Of a DNA stretch of 57,176 nt, positions 35,640-43,189 are shown one piece after another. The notes under the pieces are model-generated. The model made no database searches. It saw only the letters and a list, made by a program, of their open reading frames with translations, and was not told where the DNA came from. This stretch comes from Thermoplasmata archaeon (lineage in GTDB: Archaea > Thermoplasmatota > Thermoplasmata > Lutacidiplasmatales > UBA184). The stretch covers positions 1 to 57,176 of the forward strand of contig JAKIWH010000001.1 of assembly GCA_022750125.1 (NCBI GenBank). Direction: 5' to 3'. Position 1 is the first letter of the stretch. Every line of letters begins with the position of its first letter. The position numbers and the translations under genes were made by a program.

Positions 35640-36332
35640 ATGCCAACTCCCGGGGCGGGCAAGTTCTACCACCTGGCGCTCACCCTCGTCGCGATCACCG
35701 CGCTCGCGATTGCGTTCGCGGGGTCGGTGATCGTCGGAGGGGACAACCTCCTCGTGAAGGTCGTGATCGGCGTGGCGACCGGCGCGACGAGCTCGCTCGT
35801 CATCCTGGGCCTCCAGCAGCACTTCCCGAGGGACGAGGCGCGGTTCGGGGTGATCCGCGGCCACCGGAAAATCTACGAGCAGTACGAGAAGTCAGTGCGG
35901 CAGCTCGACGACCGGCGCACCCACGCGGTCTACACGACCTCCGCCTCCGTGCAGTCGCATACGGTCGCGGAGGAGTGGGACGGATTCCTGACAGCGTTCC
36001 TGCGCGCGAACGATTCGGTCGAGTACCACCGGATCCTCGTGTTCGACCCCCAGAAGATGAGCCCCGAGTGGACGGGGCGCCTCGAGGACATCCGGAAGCG
36101 CTACGCCGGGCTCTCCAACTACTTCGAGTACCACTCTAGTGGACCTGCGACGATCGAGTTCCTTCTCGTGGACGAGGACCACGCGTTCTTCACCTTCCCC
36201 GCGACGCCTCGCAGCGGGGAGTCGAACGGAGTCATCGTCCGCGACCCCGAGACCTGCCACGAGCTCGCGGCGTACGCGCGCCACCTCACGAGCGTGCTCC
36301 CCAACGTAGCCTCCTCCGCCGCGGCCGCGTAG
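35640..36332 (+). CDS. Hypothetical protein: two N-terminal TM helices plus a cytoplasmic domain of unknown family
   Basis: FYHLALTLVAITALAIAFAGSVIV and VVIGVATGATSSLVILGL, then a soluble approximately 160-aa domain. I recognise no motif. Confidence 0.65.
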   Translation: MPTPGAGKFYHLALTLVAITALAIAFAGSVIVGGDNLLVKVVIGVATGATSSLVILGLQQHFPRDEARFGVIRGHRKIYEQYEKSVRQLDDRRTHAVYTTSASVQSHTVAEEWDGFLTAFLRANDSVEYHRILVFDPQKMSPEWTGRLEDIRKRYAGLSNYFEYHSSGPATIEFLLVDEDHAFFTFPATPRSGESNGVIVRDPETCHELAAYARHLTSVLPNVASSAAAA

Positions 36333-36447
36333 GCGCGGACCGCGGCGACCGTCCCCGAACTCCTTCCGACCCAACCGGCCTGACGGATTCAGGAGGGGGG
36401 CGAAACGCCCGTTCCCTCACCGACCGTTTCCTACCCTCCGTTTCCGA

Positions 36448-36455
36448 CCTTAAGC
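36448..36455 (+). promoter_or_regulatory. TATA-like box CCTTAAGC
   Basis: About 33 nt upstream of the ATG at 36484. Would give a leaderless or short-leader transcript for the three-gene polB operon. Confidence 0.4.
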
Positions 36456-36483
36456 GGTCACGACCCCGTCTTCTCCCGGTACC

Positions 36484-37323
36484 ATGTTCGAGGTCGAGAG
36501 TCCCGCGTACGAGCTTCCGTCGATACGGCCGGGCTCCTCGGCGATCCTCCTGCCCCGCCCGCTCCTTCGGCCCGCCTCGGAGCTCGCCCGGGCCCCGCGC
36601 GGTCGCCTCTTCCCGCTCGCGCCGCACCTCTACAGCTGGCTCGAGCGCCGGTTCGCCCCGGGGGAGGCGACGTACCTCTCGGGACCCGCCGGGGCGGTCC
36701 ACGGCTTCGTCTCCTTCCTGCTCGCCGCCGTCGCGGCGGCGGAGCGCACCGTCTCCCTCCGGGACGGGGCGAACCGGTTCTCGCCGTACGCCATCGCCGC
36801 GCTCGGGCGGCGCTGGGACGTTCCTGTGGAGGACCTCCTCCTGCGCATCCGGCTAGCCCGCGCCTTCACGGCGCACCAGATGGTGACGCTCGCCGAGACC
36901 TGGCGGGACGACGAGGTCGGGGAGACGGCGCCCGCCGACCTCCTCGTGGCGGGGGACCCCGCGCTCCTCTTCGCCGAAGAGGAGGTCGAGCCGTACGAGC
37001 GGGCGGCGCTCCTGCCGTACGTCGCACGCTGTCTCAAGGATCTCCTGCGGGTCACGAACCTCCCGCTCCTCCTCGTGCGGTACTCCTCCCTCGGGGATTT
37101 CGAGTGGGAAGGAGGGGGCGTCCCGTTCCACGAACTGCTCACGCTCCGGCCGAGCGAGTCGGGCGGCGTGCTGCTCGAGGCGGGCCGGGCGCGGGAGCGG
37201 CTCGAGCTCCTGGAGCTCACGCCCCACCAGCACCACCTCGAGGAGTACGAACTCGACCCCGCGGCCGCGGGGGGAGGTGTGGAGCCGTGGGACGGACCGT
37301 CCCTACCTACCGCGATGCCCTGA
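36484..37323 (+). CDS. RadB/RecA-fold protein with a degenerate P-loop (predicted pseudo-ATPase)
   Basis: It aligns by eye to RadA/RadB cores. GEATYLSGPAGAVHGFVSFLLAAV occupies the GxxGxGK[ST] position, with Lys/Thr replaced by His/Gly (nt 36679..36705). RIRLARAFTAHQMV matches the RadA 'ArAyn.dHQ' element. DLLVAGDPALLF is Walker-B-like. LLRVTNLPLLLV matches the position of RadA/RadB 'la.e.n.avv.tNQV'. Confidence 0.7.
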   Translation: MFEVESPAYELPSIRPGSSAILLPRPLLRPASELARAPRGRLFPLAPHLYSWLERRFAPGEATYLSGPAGAVHGFVSFLLAAVAAAERTVSLRDGANRFSPYAIAALGRRWDVPVEDLLLRIRLARAFTAHQMVTLAETWRDDEVGETAPADLLVAGDPALLFAEEEVEPYERAALLPYVARCLKDLLRVTNLPLLLVRYSSLGDFEWEGGGVPFHELLTLRPSESGGVLLEAGRARERLELLELTPHQHHLEEYELDPAAAGGGVEPWDGPSLPTAMP

Positions 37324-37583
37324 CCGAGCTCCTCGCCCGGTGGGAGCGGGAGTTCGGCCGAGCGCTCACGAGCCCCGCGGACCGGGCGGCGTTCCACGAG
37401 CTCGTGGTGGCCGCGCGCCGGTACGTCTCGCAGGGCACCCTCATGACGAGCGGGGACCTCATCGAGCGGGCGCTCCTCTCGGTCCTGGTGGACCTGTTCC
37501 GGCGCTCGCTCGAGCGGGAGTCCGCGCTCCCCGTCGTAGCGGAGCTGCCGCTCGAGAGCTTCGCCCCGGACGAGTCTCCGTAG
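37287..37583 (+). CDS. Small (98 aa) predicted all-helical protein, unknown family
   Basis: GTG at 37287 is preceded by GGAGG (37273..37277, 9-nt spacer). Overlaps the upstream gene by 37 nt; its stop lies 9 nt before the polB GTG. Amphipathic sequence YRDALTELLARWEREFGRAL...IERALLSVLVDLFRRSLE. Confidence 0.5.
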   Translation: MGRTVPTYRDALTELLARWEREFGRALTSPADRAAFHELVVAARRYVSQGTLMTSGDLIERALLSVLVDLFRRSLERESALPVVAELPLESFAPDESP

Positions 37584-37592
37584 GGAGGGCGC

Positions 37593-39893
37593 GTGCCCCG
37601 GGGATGGCTCCTCGACATCACCTCCTCCCGCGCCGGCGACACGCTGCTCCTCTGGATCCGGGAGCGCGGCGGACCCGTGCACCGCGTCGAGGTGCCGTTC
37701 CTCCCACCGTTCTACGTGACGGGCAAGGAGGATCGGCTCCGGGAGCTCGGCACGCTGCTCGAGCCGCGCTCCGACGTGGCAAAGCTCGGAGAAGAGCCGA
37801 CCCTCGCCTCCCTCTTCGAACCCGAGGACCCCCCGCGCCCGACGCTCGCCGTCACCCCGAACTCCCACGGACGGCGCCGGCGCCTCGCGACCGAGATCGA
37901 CAACTGGGGCGGTTGCACCGATTTCCGGCTCTACGACGTCGACGTGAGCGCGCCCCAGCAGTACTACGCGGAGCACGTGCTCTTCCCCGGGGCGCCCATC
38001 GCCTGGAGCGGCCAGCAGCTCACGGCGCTCGAGCCCGCGGAGGAGCCCGAGTACCTTCCCCCGCCGCTCAAGGTGCTCGAACTCTCGGTCGAGGTGGTAG
38101 GGGCGCGGCGGGGCCGGCCCGCGGAACCCACCGACCCTGTGGCGCGGGTGCTCCTCGGCGAGGCGGTCGCGGAGGAGGAGAGCGAGAAGGAGACGTTGCT
38201 CGCGCTCGTGGAGGAGCTCCGCCGGCAGGACCCGGATCTCCTCTGGACCCAGGGCGGGGACCAGTTCCACTTCCCGCAGCTCTACCGCCGCGCGATCGCC
38301 TCGGGGTTGAGCCCCGAACAGTTCCACCTGGGGCGGGAGCCCGCCCCGTTCGGGCTCGGCCGCGTCGGCTCCTCCTACATGAGCTACGGCCGGATCTACC
38401 ACCAGGCGCCCGCCTTCCCGCTCGCCGGCCGGTTCCACCTCGACATGAACGAACGGTTCGTCCAGGATGTCTCGCTCGCCGGGTTCCTCGACATCGCCCG
38501 GATCTCCCGGCTCGGCCTGCAGACGGTCGCGCGCCAGTCCCCCGGGACCGCCTTCTCGGCGATGGAGATCGCCCGGGTGCTCGCGGACGGCTTCCACGTC
38601 CCGTGGAAGAAGAACCTCCCCGAGCGGCCGAAGAGCGCGCGCCGGCTCGTCGCGGCGGACCGCGGGGGGCTCATCCTCACTCCCCCGGTCGGCCTCTTCG
38701 AGGAGGTGGACGAGTTCGACTTCGTCTCCCTCTACCCGTCGATCATGGTCGAGCACAACCTCTCGGTCGAGACGCTCGATTGCCCGTGCTGCCCCGAGAG
38801 CCCCCACGTCGCCCCGGGGCTCGGCTACCGCTCCTGCACGCTCCGGGACGGGCTCGTGCCCCGGACGCTCCGGCCGATCCTCTCCCGGCGCCGGTACTTC
38901 AAGCGGCGCAAGAAGGAGACGACGGGGACGGAGAAGGAGCGGTACACGGAGCTCGGCAAGGCCTGGAAGTGGGTGCTCGTCACGAGCTTCGGCTACCAGG
39001 GGTACCGCAACGCGAAGTTCGGCCGGATCGAGTGCCACGAGGCGATCAACGCCTACGCGCGGGAGCTCCTCGTGGAGCTCATCGCGACGGCGCGGAGCGC
39101 CGGCTGGGAGGTGGTGCACGGGATCGTCGACTCGCTCTGGATGCTCCCGCCCCCGGGGGGAGACCCCGAGGCGTTCTGCGCCGAGGTCTCGGAGCGGACC
39201 CACCTCCCGCTCGGCTACGAGGGGCGGTACCGCTGGATCGTGTTCCTGCCGGACGCCGAGTACGGTCTCGGCGTACCGCAGCGGTACTACGGGCGGTTCC
39301 ACGACGGGGAGTTCAAGCTCCGGGGGATCGAGGTGCGGCGCGGGGACACGTGCGACTTCGTGCGGGTCACGCAGGAACAGGTGCTCGAGCTGCTCGGCAA
39401 GGCCGCGAACGGCAACGAGTTCCGGGCGGCGATCCCCCGGGCGCTCGCGCTCGGGAAGGTACGGGTGGACCGCCTCGCGGAGGGGAACTGGCCCCGGGAG
39501 GAGCTGCTCCTCACGCAGCGGATCGCGCAGTCGCTCGAGGAGTACCGACTCCTCTCGCCCACGGTCGCCGCGCTCCGGCAGCTCAAGGAGGTCGGGATCC
39601 TGCGCAAGCCCGGACAGGAGGTGAGCTTCCTCCTGATGGAGCGCTCCTCCCGGGACTGGCGACGGAAGGCGCGGCCCGAGCAGCTCGTCACGGGGCAGGA
39701 GGATTACGATGTCCAGGCGTACGCGGAGCTGCTCGCGAGGAGCTTCGCGACGTTGTTCGCCCCATTCGGTCTCACCGAGGGGCGGGTGCTGCGGGGCTGG
39801 GGGTACCCGTACCGCGCCGCGCCCACGCCGACCGTGCGGGACCACAAGTCGCTCGAGTTCCGTGGGCAACGGAGCCTCGGGAGCGTAGTGTAG
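37593..39893 (+). CDS. polB: Family B DNA polymerase, divergent: exonuclease motifs I/II and polymerase motif C eroded (PolB2-like?)
   Basis: Motif A DFDFVSLYPSIM is intact (38718..38747). Motif B reads KWVLVTSFGYQGY. Motif C reads VVHGIVDSLW instead of Y.DTDS (39111..39143). KxY region reads QRYYG. ExoI reads LELSVEV instead of a DxE-type FDIET (38076..38096). ExoII reads GGDQFHFPQLY instead of N..FD..Y (38253..38285). GGGAGGG lies 5 nt upstream of the GTG start. Confidence 0.9.
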   Translation: MPRGWLLDITSSRAGDTLLLWIRERGGPVHRVEVPFLPPFYVTGKEDRLRELGTLLEPRSDVAKLGEEPTLASLFEPEDPPRPTLAVTPNSHGRRRRLATEIDNWGGCTDFRLYDVDVSAPQQYYAEHVLFPGAPIAWSGQQLTALEPAEEPEYLPPPLKVLELSVEVVGARRGRPAEPTDPVARVLLGEAVAEEESEKETLLALVEELRRQDPDLLWTQGGDQFHFPQLYRRAIASGLSPEQFHLGREPAPFGLGRVGSSYMSYGRIYHQAPAFPLAGRFHLDMNERFVQDVSLAGFLDIARISRLGLQTVARQSPGTAFSAMEIARVLADGFHVPWKKNLPERPKSARRLVAADRGGLILTPPVGLFEEVDEFDFVSLYPSIMVEHNLSVETLDCPCCPESPHVAPGLGYRSCTLRDGLVPRTLRPILSRRRYFKRRKKETTGTEKERYTELGKAWKWVLVTSFGYQGYRNAKFGRIECHEAINAYARELLVELIATARSAGWEVVHGIVDSLWMLPPPGGDPEAFCAEVSERTHLPLGYEGRYRWIVFLPDAEYGLGVPQRYYGRFHDGEFKLRGIEVRRGDTCDFVRVTQEQVLELLGKAANGNEFRAAIPRALALGKVRVDRLAEGNWPREELLLTQRIAQSLEEYRLLSPTVAALRQLKEVGILRKPGQEVSFLLMERSSRDWRRKARPEQLVTGQEDYDVQAYAELLARSFATLFAPFGLTEGRVLRGWGYPYRAAPTPTVRDHKSLEFRGQRSLGSVV

Positions 39894-40051
39894 GCGGGAA
39901 GCCGGAGAACGGAGAGAGGAGAGGGAGCAGCCGCAGAGGGCCGCTCCAGGGCAGGACCCCCCGACGCTCGGTCACGAGGGAGGGGTCCGCGATAACGGCT
40001 CCGAGGTGTGAAGTAGCGAGGAGGACTGTCAACCGAGGCGGGGTAGGGAGG

Positions 40052-42826
40052 ATGGAATCACGCCGCCCCCTGGGATCCATCTCGTTTCTCCTAGTCGCAC
40101 TTCTCCTCATACCGCCCTCGCTGGGAGCGGGGGGAAGCGGTCCGACAGCCCACGCCCCCCAGGCGTCGAGTGCGACGGGGAACTCGGCCGGGGCACATGC
40201 GTGGAGCCCGGACTCCGGCCTCTCTTCGCCGGGGGCTCCCCGGGACCATCTGGTCACAACCCAGCTCAGCCCGCTTCCCGGGGCCAACGCCGGCTTCGGC
40301 ACCCCTGCTTGGCTCGCCTTCGACGCGGCGGACTCGGCGTTCTGGGTGGCCGTCCCCCCCTCGAGCCTCGACGAGATTCCGGCGAACGACACGACCCGCG
40401 TAGCGGCCTCGGTGACCGTCGGGGGCGACCCGTTCGGCGTGGCGGTGGACAGCGCGACGGGAAACGTGTTCGTCACCAATGCCGGCTCGAACACGGTGAG
40501 CGAGGTTTCCCCTGTCAGTGCCACGGTCATCGGATCGCTCTGGACGGGGGACGAACCGAAAGGGATTGCCTACGACAGCCAGGACAGCGAGCTGTACGTG
40601 GCGAACTTCTACGCCGACTTCGTCTCGGTCTACTCGGCGGGAGGGACGAGCGTCGACCTGGTTGCTACGATTCCTGTCGGGCACAACCCGCTCGGGGTGG
40701 CTTACGACCCCGCCTCGGGGAAGGTGTTCGTCGCGAACTCGGGCTCGATGTCCGTCTCGGTCATCAGTCCCACACGGAACGTGGTCGTCGCGACGCTCCC
40801 GGCCGGCGCAGGTCCCTACGGGGTAGCGATCGACAACGCGACGGACAACGTCTACGTCACGAACGAGGGCTCGTACAATATCTCGGTCTTCAGCGCCTCG
40901 AGCTATGCGACCGTGGCCTCCATCCCCGTGGTAACCGGCAACATCGACCTGCAGGGGCTCGCCTACGACAGCCGCACCGGTCAGATGTGGGTGGGCGCTG
41001 GAGGGGAGTACCTCGTCCTGGTGAACACCAGCACGGAGAGCGTGGCGACGTACCTGACGGTCGATCCCTCCGGGGTCGCCTACGACCCGTCCACGGGCCT
41101 CATGTGTGTCACGAACACGTACAATACGACGTTCGAGTGCGCGACGGTCCTTCCGTACGGATCGAACTCGGCCAACGTCACCTTCACCGAAACGGGGCTG
41201 CCCCCCGGGACGACCTGGGAGGTCGCGGTCGAAAATAGCGCGGTCCAAACCTCGAACACGAGCCAACTCGAGATCGCCCCCTGTCCCCAGGGCCCCTGCG
41301 TTTCGGACTACTACTTCCTGATCCAGCCCGCCGGCGGCCTCGTTCCTACGCCCGCGACGGTATGGGTGAACTTCACCTATCCGTTCAAGCCGCCCCCGAT
41401 CAGCATCGGCATCGCCGCCGGCGCGCGGCTGTTCAACGTGACCCTCCAAGAACGGGGACTCGTGCCCGGGACCGGGTGGATGGTGGACCTCGACGGTGTC
41501 CTCTTGGCCTCCACAGGCGGCACGTTGACGGTAGAGCGGACGAACGGCTCGTATCCCGTCGACTTCACCTGCCCCAACTACATCGTCCTCTCGCATTCCT
41601 CGGGCGTTTATGTGCACGGAGCCGATGCGAACGGCTCCGTCAACTTCTCCCTCGCGAAATGGGGTGCGAGCTTCTCCGAGACGGGCCTTCCGTCGGGCTA
41701 CGCCTGGTACGTCAACTTCACGACGGGACCGGTCGGCTTCGCGCTACCTTCCTCGGGACCAGTAACCTACGCGTACGCGAACATGGTCGCACCGAACGGG
41801 ACGTACAACCTCACCGTACAGGATGCGGGCAATCTCTACCAGACCACGGAGAATCGGACCGTCGAGATCGACAGCGGCCGCGTTCTCCCCGTGGCGGCCA
41901 CCCAGGTCGTGTTCACGACCGTGAGCTTCTCGGTGGAGTTCCAGGCGCGGGGGCTGCCGGCGAACGCGGTCTGGAGCGTCGCGCTCGACGGCACGAAGAT
42001 CTCCTCCACCTCTCCGAACATCACCTTCACGGAGCCGGTCGGGAACTACTCCTACGTCGTCACGACCGTAGCGGGGCTCGCGGCAGCTCCCGCCTCGGGC
42101 TGGGTAAACTTCACGATCGGTCCTCCTCCCGCTGTTCCGATCCTGTTCAGCTCCACCGAACGGTTCGCGGTCGTGTTCCACGAGACCGGACTTCCCTCCG
42201 GTACCGGTTGGGCCATCGCCATCGGGAGCTCCTTCGAGAGCTCGGCGACGAGCAACGTCAGCTTCGAGGAGCTGAACGGGAGCTACTCCTACCTCGTCTT
42301 CGATGTTCCCGGGTACACCACGACCTACTCAGGTCAGTTCCAGGTCAGCGGCTCCGCAGTGCGCGTTGTCGTCCCGTTTCTTCCGCAGACCTACCCGGTG
42401 ATCGTCGTCGAGTTCGGCCTGCCGAACGGCACCCAGTGGAGCATCACGGTCACCAACGCATCCTCCGGGTACAACCGGACGTACTCCACGAACGGTTCGG
42501 CGATCCTGTTCTACCTCCCGAACGGCACCTTCGATCTTTCCGTGGGCTTGCCCAACGGATACACCGCGGTCGTCTCGCCCTCGACGTTCACCGTCGCGGG
42601 CCGCGTCACCACCGTGCCGACCGTGCATGCCAGCCGGACCTTCGCGCCGACGGGACCGACCCCCGGAACCCGCCCGGCGGGTGCTTGGCCGCTCTGGTTG
42701 GAACTGGTGGTCTTCGGTGGCATCGCGTTGCTCGTGGTGGCCGCCGCCTTCGCGGGGAGAAAACGACGGCCACCGACGGGCACGACCACCCCACCCCGAA
42801 CGGAAGGTTCCGCTCGACTCGGCTAG
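40052..42826 (+). CDS. Surface protein: signal peptide, YVTN-type beta-propeller, six tandem 'GLPxGTxW' Ig-like modules, C-terminal TM anchor
   Basis: ATG at 40052 (MESRRPLGSISFLLVALLLIPPSLG). YVTN repeats (NVFVTNAGSNTVSEV, ELYVANFYADFVSVY, KVFVANSGSMSVSVI, NVYVTNEGSYNISVF). Six modules are headed by FTETGLPPGTTW, LQERGLVPGTGW, FSETGLPSGYAW, FQARGLPANAVW, FHETGLPSGTGW and VVEFGLPNGTQW. TM helix LWLELVVFGGIALLVVAAAFAG followed by RKRR. The upstream 925 codons of the 1849-aa track ORF are an artefact. Confidence 0.87.
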   Translation: MESRRPLGSISFLLVALLLIPPSLGAGGSGPTAHAPQASSATGNSAGAHAWSPDSGLSSPGAPRDHLVTTQLSPLPGANAGFGTPAWLAFDAADSAFWVAVPPSSLDEIPANDTTRVAASVTVGGDPFGVAVDSATGNVFVTNAGSNTVSEVSPVSATVIGSLWTGDEPKGIAYDSQDSELYVANFYADFVSVYSAGGTSVDLVATIPVGHNPLGVAYDPASGKVFVANSGSMSVSVISPTRNVVVATLPAGAGPYGVAIDNATDNVYVTNEGSYNISVFSASSYATVASIPVVTGNIDLQGLAYDSRTGQMWVGAGGEYLVLVNTSTESVATYLTVDPSGVAYDPSTGLMCVTNTYNTTFECATVLPYGSNSANVTFTETGLPPGTTWEVAVENSAVQTSNTSQLEIAPCPQGPCVSDYYFLIQPAGGLVPTPATVWVNFTYPFKPPPISIGIAAGARLFNVTLQERGLVPGTGWMVDLDGVLLASTGGTLTVERTNGSYPVDFTCPNYIVLSHSSGVYVHGADANGSVNFSLAKWGASFSETGLPSGYAWYVNFTTGPVGFALPSSGPVTYAYANMVAPNGTYNLTVQDAGNLYQTTENRTVEIDSGRVLPVAATQVVFTTVSFSVEFQARGLPANAVWSVALDGTKISSTSPNITFTEPVGNYSYVVTTVAGLAAAPASGWVNFTIGPPPAVPILFSSTERFAVVFHETGLPSGTGWAIAIGSSFESSATSNVSFEELNGSYSYLVFDVPGYTTTYSGQFQVSGSAVRVVVPFLPQTYPVIVVEFGLPNGTQWSITVTNASSGYNRTYSTNGSAILFYLPNGTFDLSVGLPNGYTAVVSPSTFTVAGRVTTVPTVHASRTFAPTGPTPGTRPAGAWPLWLELVVFGGIALLVVAAAFAGRKRRPPTGTTTPPRTEGSARLG

Positions 42827-42951
42827 CGCGACTTCCCTCGGGGCCCAAGTTCTGCTCGTCCACCCCGGGCGGACTTCGGAGACTAGGGCGGAGGTCGGGA
42901 CCGCAGGGGGCGCCTCGAGGAATTTGGTGCGGTAGCGCGCGTCCCCCGGCT

Positions 42952-43060
42952 CTCACCGAGGAGCGGACCCTGCGGGAATGGGGGTATCCGTTCCGGGCGG
43001 CCGGTATCCCCGCCGGCGGGAATCGGAGGTCGCTCGAGAGAGGCGGTCAGCGAACTCTGC
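42952..43060 (+). pseudogene. Orphan remnant homologous to the last ~40 codons of polB
   Basis: 42952.. translates LTEERTLREWGYPFRAAGIPAGGNRRSLERGGQRTL; the polB C-terminus (39771..) reads LTEGRVLRGWGYPYRAAPTPTVRDHKSLEFRGQRSL. Ungapped nucleotide alignment matches at 71 of 110 positions by hand count. There is no upstream polB-like sequence or start codon. Confidence 0.5.
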
Positions 43061-43189
43061 CCCCCGCGGCGAACCTCGGGCCGAGCGGGCCGACCCCGAG
43101 CGAGCCCAAGTCTGGGAAGGGAGCGTCTAGACGGACGCTCCCCCGGCCGGACGCGGGTAACCCCGGACCCGGCGCCTGCGGTTGGGCTC

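Noticed and set aside
36630-39869. 1079-aa ORF antisense to the RadB-like/polB operon
   Set aside because: It is Arg/Glu/Pro/Leu-rich with no recognisable motif. The opposite strand carries unmistakable PolB motifs (DFVSLYPS and others).
37277-40051. First 925 codons of the 1849-aa ORF 37277..42826
   Set aside because: They are out of frame with polB and extremely Arg/Gly/Pro/Ala-rich. A proper signal peptide begins at the ATG at 40052, which I take as the real start of the surface-protein gene.
36484-43060. Casposon or other self-synthesising element, because of the PolB
   Set aside because: There is no Cas1, no terminal inverted repeats and no other mobile-element genes. The only repeat is the direct polB 3'-end remnant.
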